From Heteronotia binoei (Eukaryota): a DNA stretch of 64,000 nucleotides. Location of the stretch: positions 59,520,001 to 59,584,000 of the forward strand of contig NC_083243.1 of assembly GCF_032191835.1 (NCBI RefSeq), written 5' to 3'. Below the pieces are notes generated by a model that saw only the letters and a program-made list of their open reading frames with translations, searched no databases and was not told where the DNA came from. This document shows positions 49,930 through 62,059 of the stretch, one piece after another. Numbering within the stretch: the stretch's first letter is position 1; every line of letters begins with the position of its first letter. Both the position numbers and the translations under genes were made by a program.

Positions 49930-51145
49930 TCATCAGGGCATTAAGAAGATTATTCGCCACCCATGGGTTGCCCAACACCATTGTGTCCGACAATGGGACA
50001 GCATTTACCTTGGCCGAATTCCATCATTTTGCAGCCACAAACAGTATCGGTTTGGTGATATCTGCTCTGTTCCACCCCTCCATCAATGGACAGGCTGAAC
50101 AAATGGTAAGAATGACCAAGGACTCATTAAGGAGGATGGTGTATGGGGACTAGCACTTGAAGCTTGCCGACTTCTTGCTTTGCCAGCACATAATTCCGCA
50201 CACGTCCACAGGGAGCAGCGCTGCTAAATTTCTGATGGGTCACCGTCTCACCACCATGCTCAACTGGCTCCACCCTGATTTAGCTCCCAACCACAGCCTG
50301 ATGGGAGCAACTAAGGCACACTGCAGGTGTTCAATCCAGGGGACGCCGTTTATACCTGGAAGTTTGCAGATGGCCCGGCCTGGATTCTGGCCACGATAGT
50401 GAAAGTGACTGGGCTACTGTCTTACCATGTGGCCACAGAGGCTGAGGTCATATGGCGTCGGCACACAGATCAACTCCAGTGCTGGTGGCCAGAATGGGAC
50501 TGCACCCCTGCCTTGAATTGGGAGTCTCTAGTGGCTCCATTGGAACCAGCCATTCCCACTATTGAGCCTCCAGCAATACCAACGCTGCAGACCTCCTCCT
50601 CCATGGAGCCTGCTCCTACACCTGACACTGCAGAACAGGGCCAGTAATTGGACAATGAAACTGAGCCACCCCGTTCCAGCAAATGAACCAACATTGGTTT
50701 TGGAGCCAGCAGCCGCTCCAACTCTGAGGCGCTCACAGCAGACCCGAGCACCTCCAGGGTATCTTAAAGACTATGTTCACTGAACTTTTGTATATAGTTA
50801 TGTTGTGTGTGCCTTACTTAGGGGGGAGGGGTGTTATGTATTATACATAGTTCGTGAAACAAAGCATGCTTCTGCTCTTCAGAATCCTAATGCCTACATT
50901 CCAATTGGCAGTTCCCTGTGAACCGACCAATCGGGGCTCTGGGCATGTAACTGTAATTGTAACTGTAATTATGCAAAATATAGGATCCTGGAGAGACCAA
51001 TACAGCGGTTTCTCGCTGAACAAATGGGTGTGTTTTGGGCGGGGTTTCGTGTATATATTCCCTGTATGTTTGCCTGTGTTCTTCAGTCTCATTTCGAAAT
51101 AAAATTGAGTTGCATTTTACCCATGGCTGAACTCACTATTTTACA
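49930..51145 (+). mobile_element. Gypsy/Ty3 3' half: integrase remnant, PPT and 3' LTR
   Basis: FATHGLPNTIVSDNGTAF, FHPSINGQAEQMV, WRRHTDQL, LRRSQQTRAPPGYLKDYVH*; PPT AGGGGGGAGGGG immediately before the LTR. Confidence 0.9.
50832..51145 (+). repeat. Gypsy 3' LTR (314 bp)
   Basis: TGTTA...TTACA termini, AATAAA near 51097, directly after the PPT. Confidence 0.82.
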
Positions 51146-51431
51146 GTGTGTGTGTTAAACCTCCCTAATAATCAAAGCAGTGCCTGTAGCTTTAAGAAAC
51201 AAATGCATTCAGGGGCCATAGCTATGCAACCACACATGTATTCCCAGCCTTGGCTTCTGTCAGTAAAAGGCACGGATAGTGTGCAGGGTCCCTTCCAGAG
51301 CTGTTTTGGCCTTTGATGGGAGATTCATTGGGGCCATGCCCACCAGCAACCACAAGGAGATAATATGATCCAATGTGTGTGACTTACCCAGGCCCAGCTG
51401 CATACTACTGTTCAAAAGCAGCCATCCAATG

Positions 51432-51890
51432 AAACCCAGTGTGGTAATGGTTAGAGTTTCAGATTAGGATCTGGAAGACCTATGCATGAATCACCGCTCT
51501 GATGTGCAAGCTCACTGGGTGACCTTGTAGGGGTGCCAGAAGCTCCAAGTGGGGCCTGGACATCTCCCAGTTTTACAACAGATCTCCAGCTGGCAGAGAT
51601 CAGCTTCCCTGGAGAAAATGGCTGCTTTGAAGGGTGGACTCATGGTATTGTATCATGCTGAAGCCCCTCCCCTCCCCAAACCCTGCACTATCCTAGATCC
51701 ACCGCCGAAGTTTCCAGATATTTTCCAACACAGGCATGGCAACCTTATCACCTTGGCACAGATATACATTCTCACCTTAATTTACCTTAAAAGATTGTTG
51801 TGAGGATAAAAGGGAGGAGAGGAGAATGATGTATACTATTTTGAGTCCCCATTGTGGAAAAGGTGATGTATAAATGAAATAATAAATATT
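51432..51890 (+). mobile_element. Squam3/MIR-like SINE interrupted by a MITE
   Basis: Head GTGTGGTAATGGTTAGAG, core CTGGGTGACCTTG split by the insertion, tail resumes at 51756. Confidence 0.75.
51528..51747. mobile_element. Short TAGGGTTGCCA-family MITE (220 bp)
   Basis: TIRs TAGGGGTGCCA / TGGCAACCTTA; TSD TGACCTTG / TCACCTTG. Confidence 0.85.
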
Positions 51891-52045
51891 GATGGGGGTC
51901 AGATAAAAGGCAGTTTGGCTGATGGGAGGGAAGGAGAGCAACAAAAGGTGAGGATATGGAGGTTGCCAGGAGGAGAAAAAGAGGAAATTAATGTGGGGAA
52001 AGGAATACAGAAGAAAAATAAGATCTCCTGAGTCTTTGTGAGTCC

Positions 52046-52574
52046 TGGGGTTGCCAAGTCCAATTTAAGAAATATCTGGGGACTTTGGGGGTGGAGCCAG
52101 GAGACTTTGGGGGAGGAACCAGGAGACATTGGGGTGGAGCCAAGATCAAGGCTGTGACAAGCATAATTGAACTCCAAAGGGAGTGCTGGCCATCATATTT
52201 AAAGGAACGGTGCACCTTTTCAATGCCTTCCTTCCATAGGAAATAATGAAGGATAGGGGCACCTTCTTTTGGGGCTCATAGAATTGGACCCCCTGGTCCA
52301 ATCGTTTTGAAACTTGGGGGATATTTTGGGGAGAGGCACTAGATGCTGTACTGAAAATTTGGTGCCTCTACCTCAAAAAACAGCCTCCCCAGAGCTTCAG
52401 ATACCTGCAGATCAATTCTCCATGATTTTCTATGGGAATAAATCTCTATAGGGAATAATAGAGTTCCCAGCAGACATTTCCCTCCCCTCCCCCTGCTTTC
52501 TGACGACCCTGAAGCGGGGGGAGGGCCTCCAAACCGGGGGATCCCCTGCCCCCACCTGGGGATTGGCAACCCTA
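52046..52574. mobile_element. Long TAGGGTTGCCA-family hAT MITE
   Basis: Perfect TSD GTGAGTCC (52038-52045, 52575-52582); aligns with 26712-27193. Confidence 0.9.
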
Positions 52575-52899
52575 GTGAGTCCCCAACATACAGCTAGGCC
52601 TTGCCCAACAGTCAGCACAGCACAATTACATATGTGTCCTGCATGGGAGCTGCCAGGAGGAGGAAAGGACGAAAAGCTGAAGATGCAGGACAGATAAAGG
52701 TAGGTTGGCTTGTGGATGGGAAGGAAAGAAGGAAGCAGGAAATGAAGAAAGGCTATGGGGGTTGCCAGGGAAGATAAAATAGGAAATCATGGTAGAGAGA
52801 AAATGAGATGCCCCACACAAGTCTTTGCAGGTCCTCCAAGTGTAATTTTATAAATCTCTGTTGTATCTTCCGTTCCTTAAATTAAGACTATTCTCACAG

Positions 52900-53280
52900 G
52901 ATAGGCAGTCCAGTCTTCATATCTTTTCCTGCACCTTTTCCTATATTATCCTTTTGGAAATGGAACAATCAAAACTGAAAATAGTATTCCAAATGCAGCC
53001 ATACCACAGAAGGCATTAAAATATTGGCCATTTAATTTTCAATTGGTTTCCTAATAACTCCAAGTGTAGAACTTGCCTTTTTCACTTTTCCTGCACAATG
53101 AATCGACATTTTCATTGTACAGGAAGGCTATAAAATTTAGGGCTTCCCAGTTTAAAGAAAAGATGGGGTACTGGAAGTGGATACATAGAACTTGTGTCCC
53201 TCTAGTTCAAGACTAGAACTAGGGAACATCCAATGAGGCAGATAGGCAGTTAAATTATGAGCATACGTCTGCACTCAGAC
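52900..53280. mobile_element. Old CR1 fragments in both orientations
   Basis: Decayed matches to CR1 RT 3' region (AGTATTCCAAATGCAG; AGAACTAGGGAACATCCAATGA). Confidence 0.45.
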
Positions 53281-53433
53281 CACAGATTACTGTATGTTAA
53301 AATGTTTTCTTTTCTTCCACTGCTTGGAAATTTGCTCACATGTCCTTCTGTTTGCCTGCTTTCCTAATTAACCATGGAATGGTATCAAGAAATGTTGCTT
53401 TTGCACAAACCAGCTTTAAAATTGGGTTCTCTG

Positions 53434-53898
53434 TAGGGTTGCCAATCCCCAGTTGGGGCAGGGGATCCCCCAGTTTGGAGGACCTCCCCCTGCTTTAGGG
53501 TCATCAGAAAGCGGGAGGGGGGAATGTCTGCTGAGCACTCCATTATTTCCTATGGAGACCGATTCCCATAGGGTATTATGGAGAATTGATCTGCAGGTAT
53601 CTGAGACTCTGGGGGAGCTGGGTTTTTTTTTTTTTGAGGTAGAGGCACCAAATTTTCAGCATAGTATCCAGTGCCTCTCCTCAGAACACCCTCCAAGTTT
53701 CAAAAAGATTAGACCAGGGGGTCCAATTGTACAAGCCCCAAAAGAAGGTGCTCCTATTATTTCCAATGGAGGGAAGGCATTTAAAAGGTGTGCGGTCCCA
53801 GAACTCCCTTTGGAGTTCAATTATGCTTCTCACAACCTTGCTCCTGGCTCCACCTCCAAAGTCCCCAGATATTTTTTGAATTGGATCTGGCAACCCTA
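53434..53898. mobile_element. Long TAGGGTTGCCA-family hAT MITE, opposite orientation
   Basis: TIRs intact; TSD GTTCTCTG / GTTCACTG. Confidence 0.9.
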
Positions 53899-54398
53899 GT
53901 TCACTGGCCATTTATGAGACAAGGGAAATGGGACTTTATGAGCAACTGAAGATGTCCTGAGCTATCATCCCCTCCCCTTTTGCAGGTGATTAAAGCTTGG
54001 GCTTGGCCAAAAGCACTTGCAATGCTAAAAGAGCATACCAGGAAGACTCCAATAAAACATAATTTGTTGTGCTGTCCAAATACACAATTAATTCTCTCTC
54101 TCTTCTTACCAACAGGGACATGGAACCATGGTTTAATCCTGGTTTATAATCAAGAAACAAACTGCATCGAAAACAAACCCTTTTGAAATTACAACAAATT
54201 ATGGTTCTGGTGAAGGTTTGTAGTTTGTCAGCTACAAATAAGGGGAAGCAAGAGGGAGCGTACAAGATTTGGTTCTTTGGCTTTTCTTTAAATTTAAGCA
54301 ACATTTCTTTCATATAGGTGAGGTATTTGTCAAGGGAATGGTAGTGTTTGCACATTTCAAGCAACTGATATGCTATGCTTAGCTTTTCACATGCTTAC

Positions 54399-54410
54399 CA
54401 CTTGCTTAAA
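54399..54410 (-). other. Candidate 12-nt microexon TTTAAGCAAGTG
   Basis: TGCTGCTGTTCTTCTTTTCCACAG|TTTAAGCAAGTG|GTAAGCATG; UGC motifs upstream, GCAUG downstream. Confidence 0.45.
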
Positions 54411-55686
54411 CTGTGGAAAAGAAGAACAGCAGCACACTTTATTCCACTTTAAACAATTGTCACTGAAGAATCCTGTCATACATTTCTCGATATCTTTTAA
54501 AAAGCAGATCTTTTGTTCCATTGCAAATTACAACAAACACTGAACCAGATGCTGCTACTTTGGAATTGTTATTTATTCTGCACAACAGCAAGGCATTTAA
54601 AAGAGATTACTGCTAGATAGAAGAGCTACAGCTAGATGGAGGTGGGCAGTTTTCCTGTCAAAATATCACTTGTGATGGATATGGCACACTTAACCTGTTA
54701 CTTTCACCTGATAAATAAACACATTCCTAATTCATGGGTACTTTTTGCAGAACTTACATTCATTGATGAAATATTAGGTTTTGTGGCTTTGTTGCTGATA
54801 AAAACTGCAAAATGTATAATGACAAGACAATGAAAGATATAGCAGCAGTTTTATTGTCCTTCCCCATAATATCACATGCCCATAAGAAGTTATTCTGCAG
54901 TTATTATGATTGTTGTTGTTTTAGAGCAAATAGAATGAATTATATCACTGCCATGCCCTGTGGCAGATGGATAATAAAGTCTTCCACAGAACAAACCTGC
55001 CCTGTTCAGTGTGCCGAGTGACACTAAATAAATAATCATTCTGATCAGCAGTGCATACGGTGTTGGCCAAAGACTTGGGGATGACAGTCTGTAGCAACAG
55101 AAAGATGTAGTTGGGACACAGAGACAGAAAATAAAAAAGAAAGCTTTCCCAGTAGCAATATTCTGATTTTTTTTCTTGTAAAGGTTACTCAGAAATGTTT
55201 TGGCAGAAATGTACAACACAGGATCAAAACTAGCAAAATGCAACTAAATCATTTTTAAATGCAATTTTTCTGTATGTCCATTTATTAAACTTCTGTCCTT
55301 TCTTTCTTTGTAATAGTTCCTAATCCCCCCCCCCCCGAAAAAAAAAACCCTATCCTGTGACAAAGGCTAGATTTAAAAAATAGTGAACTGGTCAAAATTT
55401 GGGATCTGAATGTAAATGTTCCCAGTCCAGCATTGTACATACCAAAATATGACATAGGCTTTTCCTTTTAAAATATATATGAGTTGACTGATACTAGCAC
55501 ATAGGCTGCTTTAAAATGTTCCACACAGTATATTTTATTGCATATTCCTGTGGAAAAGAAGAACAGCAGCACACTTTATTCAATTTTAAACAATTGTCAT
55601 TGAAGAATCCTGTCATACATTTCTTGCTATCTTTTAAAAAACAGATCTTTTGTTCCATTGCAAATTACAACAAATACTGAACCAGA
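54411..55686. repeat. Dispersed direct repeat of about 139 bp (54411-54549 and 55548-55686)
   Basis: About 8 differences by eye; flanks unrelated; not similar to any other repeat in the window. Confidence 0.9.
55059..55088 (-). other. Candidate 30-nt small exon ACTGTCATCCCCAAGTCTTTGGCCAACACC
   Basis: About 50-nt pyrimidine tract ending TGTTGCTACAG, donor ACC|GTATGC. Confidence 0.45.
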
Positions 55687-56193
55687 CTGAGTCCTTTTTA
55701 AAATTTGCCACTGCAAATATTAGAAAATAAAGCTTTATGATAACACCCATGAAATTGGCTAAATTGTATTATGGTCTGCTAAATTGTTTTATACCTGTCT
55801 ACTTTGGTTGGCAGCAGCTCTCCAGAGTCTCAGGCGGCAATCTTTCATATCACCTATTAGCTTGTACTGGAGATGCTGGGAATCATTTAGAACATTCTAC
55901 ATGCAAAACTGGTGGTTAGGCTTGCCAATCCCCAGGTCCCAGCAAAGGATCCCTCAGTTTTGCAGGCTCCACCCTGCCTCCAGCCAGCTGGGTGGCAAGG
56001 GGAAGCCCTGCCCCAACAGCCAGGATGTGCCTTTAGATCTCCTTATGGTTTTAGAATGTGTGTGTGCCTTTACATTTGAATAGGAAATGAAAACTGCATT
56101 GGGAGGGGCCAGCAGCAGAGCCATGTATGAGTTAATGATAGCAGTCTTGTTCTGCTTTTGTTTCAGTCATCTTTTATAGGAACCAGAGCCAGT

Positions 56194-56245
56194 GAGAGAG
56201 AGAGCGAGAGAGAGAGAGCGAGAGAGAGAGAGAGAGGGAGAGAGA
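56194..56245. repeat. (GA)n microsatellite, interrupted
   Basis: Seen directly. Confidence 0.95.
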
Positions 56246-56605
56246 AGTCTATGCTTATTTTGCATTGTTCCAGACATTTTTGTACAGGGACCTGTTTATG
56301 GAATGGAGAAAAACTCCACCTCTCTCTTTTAATTTGCATGAGTTAGTCTGAAGAAGTTGGTGGGTATACAGCAGCTCCTTTGAATAAAGCCCTACTGAAA
56401 TCACAAAAGTGCGCGCTTGCAAACTCTGTTTATTTTGGCTGCTTTGTGACTGTGTGTTCACTTTCATTTACTGGAATTGCAGCTGCTGGGGGCTGAGGAA
56501 ATGAAGACTATTTAGGAGAACTGCACAGCTGTAGTTTTATTTATTTATTTCAGGGAACGGGAAAGTCTCCTCGCTCCACCCCCAAAGTCCCCAAGTATTT
56601 TCTGA

Positions 56606-57103
56606 TAGGGTTGCCAAGTTCAATTTAAGAAATATCTGGGGACTTTGGGAGTGGAGCCAGGAGACATTGGGGCGGGGCCAAGAGCAAGGGTGTGACAAGC
56701 ATAATTGAACTTCAAGGGAGTTCTGGCCATCACATTTAAAGGGACTGCACATCTTTTTAAATGCCTTCCTTCCATAGGAAATAATGAAGAATAGGGGCAC
56801 CTTCTTTTGGGGCTCACAGAATTGGACCCCCTGGTCCAATCTTTTTGAAACTTGGGAGGTATTTTGGGGAGAGGCACTAGATGCTATACTGAAAATTTGG
56901 TGCCTCTATCTCAAAAACAGCCCCCCCCCCAGAGCCCCTGATACCCACGGCTCAATTCCCCATCATTCCCTATGGGAATCGTTCATGGAGGTGCATAATG
57001 GCTGTGGAGGTGGGGCTTCCCCTGCTGGCCAGCTGGCTGGGGGAGGGGGGAAGCCTGTAAAACCGGGGGATCCCCCTCTGGGACCTGGGGATTGGTAAGC
57101 CTA
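56606..57103. mobile_element. Long TAGGGTTGCCA-family MITE nested in the end of a related element
   Basis: Perfect TSD TTTTCTGA (56598-56605, 57104-57111); flanks rejoin to CCCCCAAAGTCCCCAAGTATTTTCTGAGTTGGACCTGGCAACCCT. Confidence 0.88.
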
Positions 57104-58548
57104 TTTTCTGAGTTGGACCTGGCAACCCTCCTGGTGGTCCACCACTGAACCATGGCCCCACATGCTACACATGAACAATTCACTTTGCACAGAGATCACA
57201 GATTGGTGAAAACCATTATTGAAAGCAGAATATAGTATAGGAAGAGAAAGCTTTACTGAGGAAGAATCAACAGCTTCTGCATAGGAAAGCTCCAGCATTG
57301 CCAGGTTTTTTCACTAAGACTAGAATACTACCCTGTGTCCATACTTGCTCACCTTTAAATGCACACAAAAATAGTATCAAACTTTATATCCATTCTGTTC
57401 TGGGGAATTATGCAGTGACAGTTAATAGCCATGAAAATAAAGGATGTTGAAGTGCCCAATTAACAAATGGTTTGTGGAGTAGTTTCCCAGAGGCCCAAGT
57501 CTGTCCTTCTTTTATTCTGCTTTATGCTATATCAGAAAACTTAGATACCAATTTGAACCGCTGTAGCCTTATAATAATCCAGCATTTGGCAGAATTTTGC
57601 CACTGAATAACTAATATGTCTGTGAAGAACAGCATGATTTACACACAACATCCTGCCACCTCTTTCTATTTATAGAGATTTCCCCCTTAAACGTAATGTA
57701 CAAAGGAAAAAAAGTTATTTTATGCTGCCACCACTGCAGGAGCTTTTTAAATGATTCAAGGAAGTATAGCTTTCATTTAGGTTTGTGCCCTCCAGTCTGT
57801 TTATACTGGTCGATACACTTGTCTAAAAAATATAATGGATTAGCACATCATTCAACAAACTAGTCAGAAGGCAGGCTCTAGGCGACAGAGCCCAAAAAGT
57901 AAATTACAGTCAGCAGTAGGGGTAGGCCATGCCCAGAGCTAGGAAACATCATATCAGTACAAAACCTGCATTCTGGAGAATGCTACGCCAACTGAGAGGG
58001 TTGAAAAATTTACAATAAAATATAATAAAACAATCAGTTCTATGAATTCATGTGCAACTATATAAATGCTTCATTTAAAATGCTTGCTGTAAGAAACCTA
58101 GTCCTTATGGCTGTGCCAAGTTGTCTTTAGTGATAGATAGTGTCATTTTGCCACTTCAGTATTTGTTCACATAGGATTTCTTGTACACGTGTCATTTGAA
58201 CAGATACGAGGGATGCAATAAATGGGTACTATATTTATAAAATACTTTTATGTCCTGCTCTTTCCATACTGAGGGCTGCTGAGAGAATAAGGCAAATAAG
58301 ACAACACAGTAGATTTAGAATTTCAAAAATCAGAGAAAATGGAATGAATGCACATATAGTAAAGACTACAGTCAAATAAACTCAATAATACAAGCATCAA
58401 CATTAATAAAAACTAAACCCACTAAAAAGTATTGAACAAACAAATTCCTAAAAGTCCACAGGGATGAGCTCTTCTCTCTATCTGTCCATCCTGCCTTTCC
58501 TCCATGGAGCTCAAGTAAGCATACAGGAGTTTCTCCTAAAAACACTGA

Positions 58549-58835
58549 GGGCGTTTTCGCACTGACCTTCAAGTAGCGCGACCACCCTCTTCACACCGGA
58601 GGATCTGCCCAGATTTCGCACAAGAAGCGCCGGCGCACCCAAAAGAGCCGGCGACTTCCGTCGCGAAACCAGCTCAAACGGAAACCGCCAAGAAGCAGGA
58701 AAACGTTTGAGCTGGTTTCGCGACGGAAGTCGCCGGCTCTTTTGGGTGCGCCGGCGCTTCTGGTGCGAAATCCCTGCAGATCCGCCGGCGTGAGGAGGGT
58801 GGTCGCACCACTTGAAGGTGAGTGCGAAAACTGCC
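58549..58835. mobile_element. Young CpG-rich fold-back MITE (Harbinger-like by shape)
   Basis: GGGCGTTTTCGCACT / AGTGCGAAAACTGCC ends; about 130-bp arms with a near-perfect inner stem. Confidence 0.88.
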
Positions 58836-59193
58836 ACTGTGATAGGTTGAGAGAGTGAGTGACTGGCCCCCAAACACTGATCTTGTATCTGAGGAAGTGT
58901 GCATGCACACAAAAGCTTATACCTTGAAAGATTATACCTTGTTGGTCTTAAAGTTGCCACTGGACTTGAACTTTCTTACACTGCTCTTCAAGTAAGACTG
59001 GACATTCACTATGGGGGTTGGAATCCAGATGATGCTAACGCTTGCAGATCTGCCCCAATTACATCTACACTCAGCAATCTCTTTCATCCCCAAGAAAGCT
59101 GATTCCTGAAATTATACGTACCATGTGAGGAAACAGCCAAATGGCCTGAGGGAGCTAAAGTGAAGACAGGGAATAGGATAATACTATCTTTCA

Positions 59194-59383
59194 CTAGGGT
59201 GGTAGCTAGAGATCTGGGATTACAACTGATCTTCAGGCAACAGAAATCAGTTCTCCTGGAGAAAATCGCTGTTTTGGAAGGTGGACTCCATGGCATTGTA
59301 CCCCTCTGAATTCCCTCCCCTCCCCAAGCCCCACCCTTCCAAGACTCCACCTCCCAAATTTCTCAGCCCAGAGATGACAACGC
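59194..59383. mobile_element. Short TAGGGTTGCCA-family MITE, decayed
   Basis: Aligns with 51528-51747. Confidence 0.7.
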
Positions 59384-59905
59384 TATTCTTCACATTTCTT
59401 TCATAAGGGCAACTCTATGACAAAAGTAGCAAGAGCACCGACGGAGAAGGCTCCACCAAGTTCCACTATTGTTCTTATTTTCCTGATTTTCAAGACTATC
59501 AACAGAGCCCCATATTCAGACTGTAAAATGCCTGGCAATCTATAAGAGGCCTCTTTCATCTTGACCACTGTCATCACCCCTTATATGAACAACCAAATCC
59601 ATTCCAGACCCTTACACAAGGAATCACACCTGAAAGATTTATATAGAGTTTACACCACACCTCTGCTGCAACTCCCTCCCTCTCTTTCTTCCCCTTCTAT
59701 GATTTTTGTTATAAAAAGTGACTCATGGAAACTCATGCTGGAATAAATTTTGTAAGTCTTTAAGGTGTCACTGAACTTCTGTTTTATTTTGCTATAGTAG
59801 ACTAACATGGCTACCCTTCTAGAAAGATTATGGCATTGCATTTATCTGTACATGGTGAAAATCCAGGAGCTTCATGAAGAAACTTGCATATACATGAAGA
59901 GAGAT

Positions 59906-62020
59906 GTAAAGTAACTAAGTAAAGTAAATTTATTTTTGTATCCCGCCCTCCCCCGCCAAAGGCAGGCTCAGGGCGGCTCACAGACATGGGACAACCATGA
60001 TTCAATAAAATACATCAGGACAAAAGCAGATAAAATACAATTAAGTTACCGTTATGACTTAGTTAAAATAGGTAAAACAGCTGTTATAAATTAAAATTAA
60101 TAGTTAAGGTGCTACAGTTCACAGTCGTATATAAGATGGCTAGGTGGCTACAAGTCGATTTGGCCAGGTTCTATCTTAAAAACAAGCTGAAAGAGGATGC
60201 TTTTGCAAGCCCTGCGGAACTGATTCAGGTCCCGCAGGGCTCGCACCATCTCTGGAAGTTGATTCCACCATCGGGGGGCCATTGCTGAAAAGGCTTGCTC
60301 CCTCGTTGTCTTCAATCTAGCCTCTCTTGGCCCAGGAACTTTTAAAAGGTTTTGAGAACTGGATCTCAGTGCTCTCTGGGGAACATAAGGTAGGCAGGTC
60401 CTCGGCCATATAGGGCTTTAAAGGTAATAACCAGCACCTTATAGCGAACACGGTACACAACTGGCAGCCAGTGCAGGTCCCGCAGCCCAGGCTGTACGTG
60501 TTCCCACCAAGGTAGTCCCACCAACAGCCTGGCCGCCGCGTTCTGCACTACCTGAAGCTTCCGTGTTTGGTATAAGGGCAGCCCCATGTAGAGGGCATTA
60601 CAGTAGTCTAGTCTCGAGGTGATGGTTGCGTGGATCACTGTTGCTAGGTCGCTGCGCTCCAAGAAGGGAGCCAACTGCCTCGCCCTCCTAAGGTGGAAAA
60701 AGGCGGATCTAGTAGTGGCAGCTATTTGGGCCTCCATTGATAAGGAGGATTCCAGTGGCACTCCCAAGCTCTTGACCCTGTGCACTGGTATCAGTGGCGC
60801 ACCGTCAAAAGCCGGTAGGGTGATCTCCCCTCCTGGCCCGCCGCGGCCCACGTAAAGGATCTCAGTCTTCACCGGATTCAACTTCAGCCCACTCAGCCTG
60901 AGCCAGTCAGCCACGGCTTGTAACGCCCGGTCCAAGTTTATGGGGACATCGCCAGTCCGGCCGTCCATCAATAGATAGAGCTGGGTATCATCAGCGTACT
61001 GATGACAACCGAGCCCATACCTCCGTGCAATCTGGGTAAGGGGGCGCATATAGATATTGAACAACATCGGGGAGAGAACTGCCCCCTGAAGCACCCCACA
61101 ATGAAGTGGGTGTCTCTGGGACAGCTCCCCCCCCCAATTGCCACCCTTTGTCCCTGACCTTCAAGGAAGGAGGAGAGCCACTGTAAGGCTAGCCCCCGAA
61201 TTCCTGCGTCGGCGAGGCGGCGGGTCAGCAGCCGATGATCAACCATATCGAACGCAGCCGATAAGTCTAGCAGCAGCAATACTGCCGAGCCGCCTCAATC
61301 CAGTTGCCGCCGGAGGTCATCCATGAGGGTGACCAAGACTGTCTCTGTCCCATGGCCCGGGCGGAAGCCGGACTGGCATGGGTCCAGGGTGGAAGCGTCA
61401 TCCAAAAAATCCTGTAACTGCAACGCCACAGCCCTCTCAATAATTTTGCCCAAAAAGGGCAAGTTTGAGACCGGTCGGTAGTGTGCCAATTCGGCCGGGT
61501 CTGATGTAGCCTTTTTCAGGAGGGGGCGGACCACTGCCTTTTTCAGGGGTGTTGGAAAAATGCCCTCTGAAAGAGATCTATTTATGATGTCCCGTATAGG
61601 ACATCTTAGCTCCTCCTGGCAAGCCTTAATTAGCCAGGAGGGACATGGGTCCAGATCGCAAGTTGTGGATCGTGCAGTACCAAGAATCTTGTCGACTTCC
61701 TCCAAGCTGAGTGGGTCGAAGCAATCCAGGATCAAATCAGAAGACACGCATTGGGCCTCGAGTTCGCTTACTGCATCTAAATTGGCAGGGCAGTCATGGC
61801 GGAGCGATTGGACCTTATCTGCAAAAAATTTCACAAAAGCCTTGCAGCCTATCTCCAATTCCTTAGCATTTGAATTGCCCTGTGGCAATGTAGTAAGATT
61901 CCGAATTATTCTAAATAATTGAGCTGGGCGCGAATTTGCAGATGCAATCTTAGCCGCAAAGTATGTTTTCTTTGCGGCCTTGATTGCCATCTCATAGGAC
62001 TTCATAAACTTCCTATAAGA
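59906..62020 (-). mobile_element. L2-clade LINE, 5'-truncated, frameshifted RT
   Basis: YRPVSNLPFLGK, QSGFRPGHGTET, LLDLSAAFDMVDH, QGAVLSPMLFNIY, YADDTQLY, LHWLPV; 3' end GAGCCGCCCTGAGCC..GGGCGGGATACAAAAATAAA with short-repeat tail. Confidence 0.9.
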
Positions 62021-62059
62021 TCATACGTCTATCCAAATATAACTCAATATAATGCCTAA

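Noticed and set aside
53990-54364. 124-aa minus-strand ORF
   Set aside because: No homology recognised, no good splice sites at its ends; probably intronic sequence downstream of the 12-nt candidate.
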